A stretch of 64,000 bases of DNA, taken from assembly GCA_054600435.1 (NCBI GenBank), contig BAAIJX010000013.1, positions 124,001 through 188,000 on the forward strand, read 5' to 3'. This document shows, one piece after another, positions 62,501-64,000 of this stretch. The position numbers were made by a program, and so were the translations under genes. The stretch's first letter is position 1. Each line of letters opens with the position of its first letter. Origin of the DNA: Neophaeotheca triangularis (taxonomy: Eukaryota). The notes below the pieces were generated by a model. It searched no databases. It was not told the origin of the DNA and was given only the letters and a program-made list of their open reading frames with translations.

Positions 62501-63938
62501 CTCCGTCAAGCCGCAAACGATCGAAGCCATCAAGCACGCAAAGTCAGCTGGCGTACCTATGATTGTTGCCGTCAACAAGGTCGACAAGGCAGAGTCCGAC
62601 GTCCAGCGCGTGAAGCAAGATCTTGCAAGACACGGTGTTGAGATCGAAGACTTTGGTGGCGACACTCAAGTCGTCCCCGTTTCCGGCAAGACGGGCCAAG
62701 GCATGGATGAGCTGGAAGAAGCTGCTGTCACTCTCTCTGAGATCCTCGACCACCGAGCCGAGACTGACGGCAGTGTTGAGGGTTGGGTCTTGGAAGCCAC
62801 AACCAAGAAAGCCGGCAGAGTAGCTACAGTGCTTGTCCGCCGCGGCACCCTCAAACCCGGCTCCGTCATCGTGGCAGGCAAAACCTGGGCGCGAGTGCGA
62901 TCGCTGAGAAACGAAGCAGGACAGGCCGTCAAAGAAGTCGGCCCAGGCATGCCTGCTGAAGTCGACGGTTGGCGCGACCAGCCCACCGCCGGCGACGAAG
63001 TCCTTCAAGCGCCCAACGAGCAAAGAGCCAACAGCGCCGTCGAATACCGCCTCGAGCTTGAAGAACGCTCCAAGACCGCCACAGACATGGAAGCAATCAA
63101 CGAAGCCCGCCGCGCCGAGCAAGAGAAACGCGAAGCCGACAAAGCGGCCGAAGAAGCAGCCAAGCGCGCCGCCGCTGGGGAAGAAAGCCCCACCGACACC
63201 TCCAATAACGCCGCCGCCGCCGAAGAGCCCACCGGCCCGACCCAAGTGCCCTTCATCATCAAAGCCGACGTCTCGGGCAGCGCCGAAGCCGTAACCGCTT
63301 ACATCTCCTCCATCTCCTCGGCCTTCGTGATGCCGAAAATCCTGACGAGCGCCGTCGGCGCCGTCCACGAATCTGACATCGAGCACGCTGCCATCGCGGG
63401 CGGTTACCTCGTCGCTTTCAACCTGCCCTCGAACCCCGAAATGGCCGCGCTGGCAGAGAGCCGCGGTGTCCAGATTCTGGAAAATAACATCATTTACCGG
63501 GTTTTGGATGATGTGAAGGCTGTTTTGGAGACGAAGATACCGGATCTCGTTACCCAGAGGGTGCTGGGCGAGGCGGAGATTGGGCAGAATTTTGAGATTG
63601 GGGTTGGTGGGAGGAAGAAGGTGTTGATTGCGGGATGTAAGGTGAGGAACGGGAGTGTGGGCAAGGGGGCTAGGGCGAGGGTGTTTAGGCAGGGGGAGAA
63701 GGTTTATGATGGTGAGCTCTCTCTTGGCTTTTCGACCGTTGACGCTGCCTTTGGGTCGTTGATTGCTGACCTCTTTCTGCTTGCAGGTACCATCTCCTCT
63801 TTGAAGCACGTCAAGAAGGACGTTACTGAGATGCGGAAGGGGACTGAGTGTGGTATTGGCTTCGACGGCTGGGAGGGCTTCGAGGTCGGTGACTCGATCC
63901 AGACTTATGAGGAGGTTAGGGAGAAGAGGAAGTTGTAA
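59573..63938 (+). CDS. IFM1: Mitochondrial translation initiation factor IF2 with long N-terminal extension; exons 59573-59596, 59658-63711, 63787-63938
   Basis: RPPVVTIMGHVDHGKTT, DTPGH, NKVD, KADVSGS and ECGI motifs. Exon 1 MRRQRILR spliced to ..LCLFCACRF gives a presequence. Confidence 0.93.
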
Positions 63939-64000
63939 GATGATGGAGTTTTGCGGGCATAGGCATTAAATGGTTGTTTTATTTCACCTGCAGAAGGTTG

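Noticed and set aside
62544..63809. 421-aa minus-strand ORF
   Set aside because: Antisense shadow of the IF2 coding region.

Overview
This is a eukaryotic (filamentous ascomycete) chromosomal window. The evidence is short spliceosomal introns with CTRAC/CTRAY branch points and fungal housekeeping genes; a Dothideomycete origin is my inference. I can support about 24 protein-coding genes: OXR1, FMP25, COG3, BCK1 (MAPKKK), HNT1, an RRM protein, DHR2, COG5, a VOC/glyoxalase-repeat protein, a GFA-family gene, a divergent bioF/bioDA biotin pair, a divergent H2B/H2A pair, complex I subunit B22, KGD2, prefoldin 6, VPS4, an enoyl-reductase-like dehydrogenase, FIG1, Argonaute, CBP6 (absent from the ORF track), mitochondrial IF2 and three hypothetical genes. 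Exon structures were rebuilt by hand. I found no tRNA, rRNA, CRISPR or intact transposon. The most striking unexplained structure is at the histone locus. The H2B and H2A upstream regions form an ~80-bp inverted repeat. Perfect ACGCGT (MCB) boxes sit in the first intron of each gene rather than in the promoter, and both 3' UTRs share TGTACATTA. Other items worth checking: tandem CCHC knuckles in mitochondrial IF2, a two-intron 5' leader on Argonaute, GC-AG introns, a GFA gene apparently missing a micro-exon, BCK1 uORFs, and a 33-bp direct repeat beside an orphan gene.
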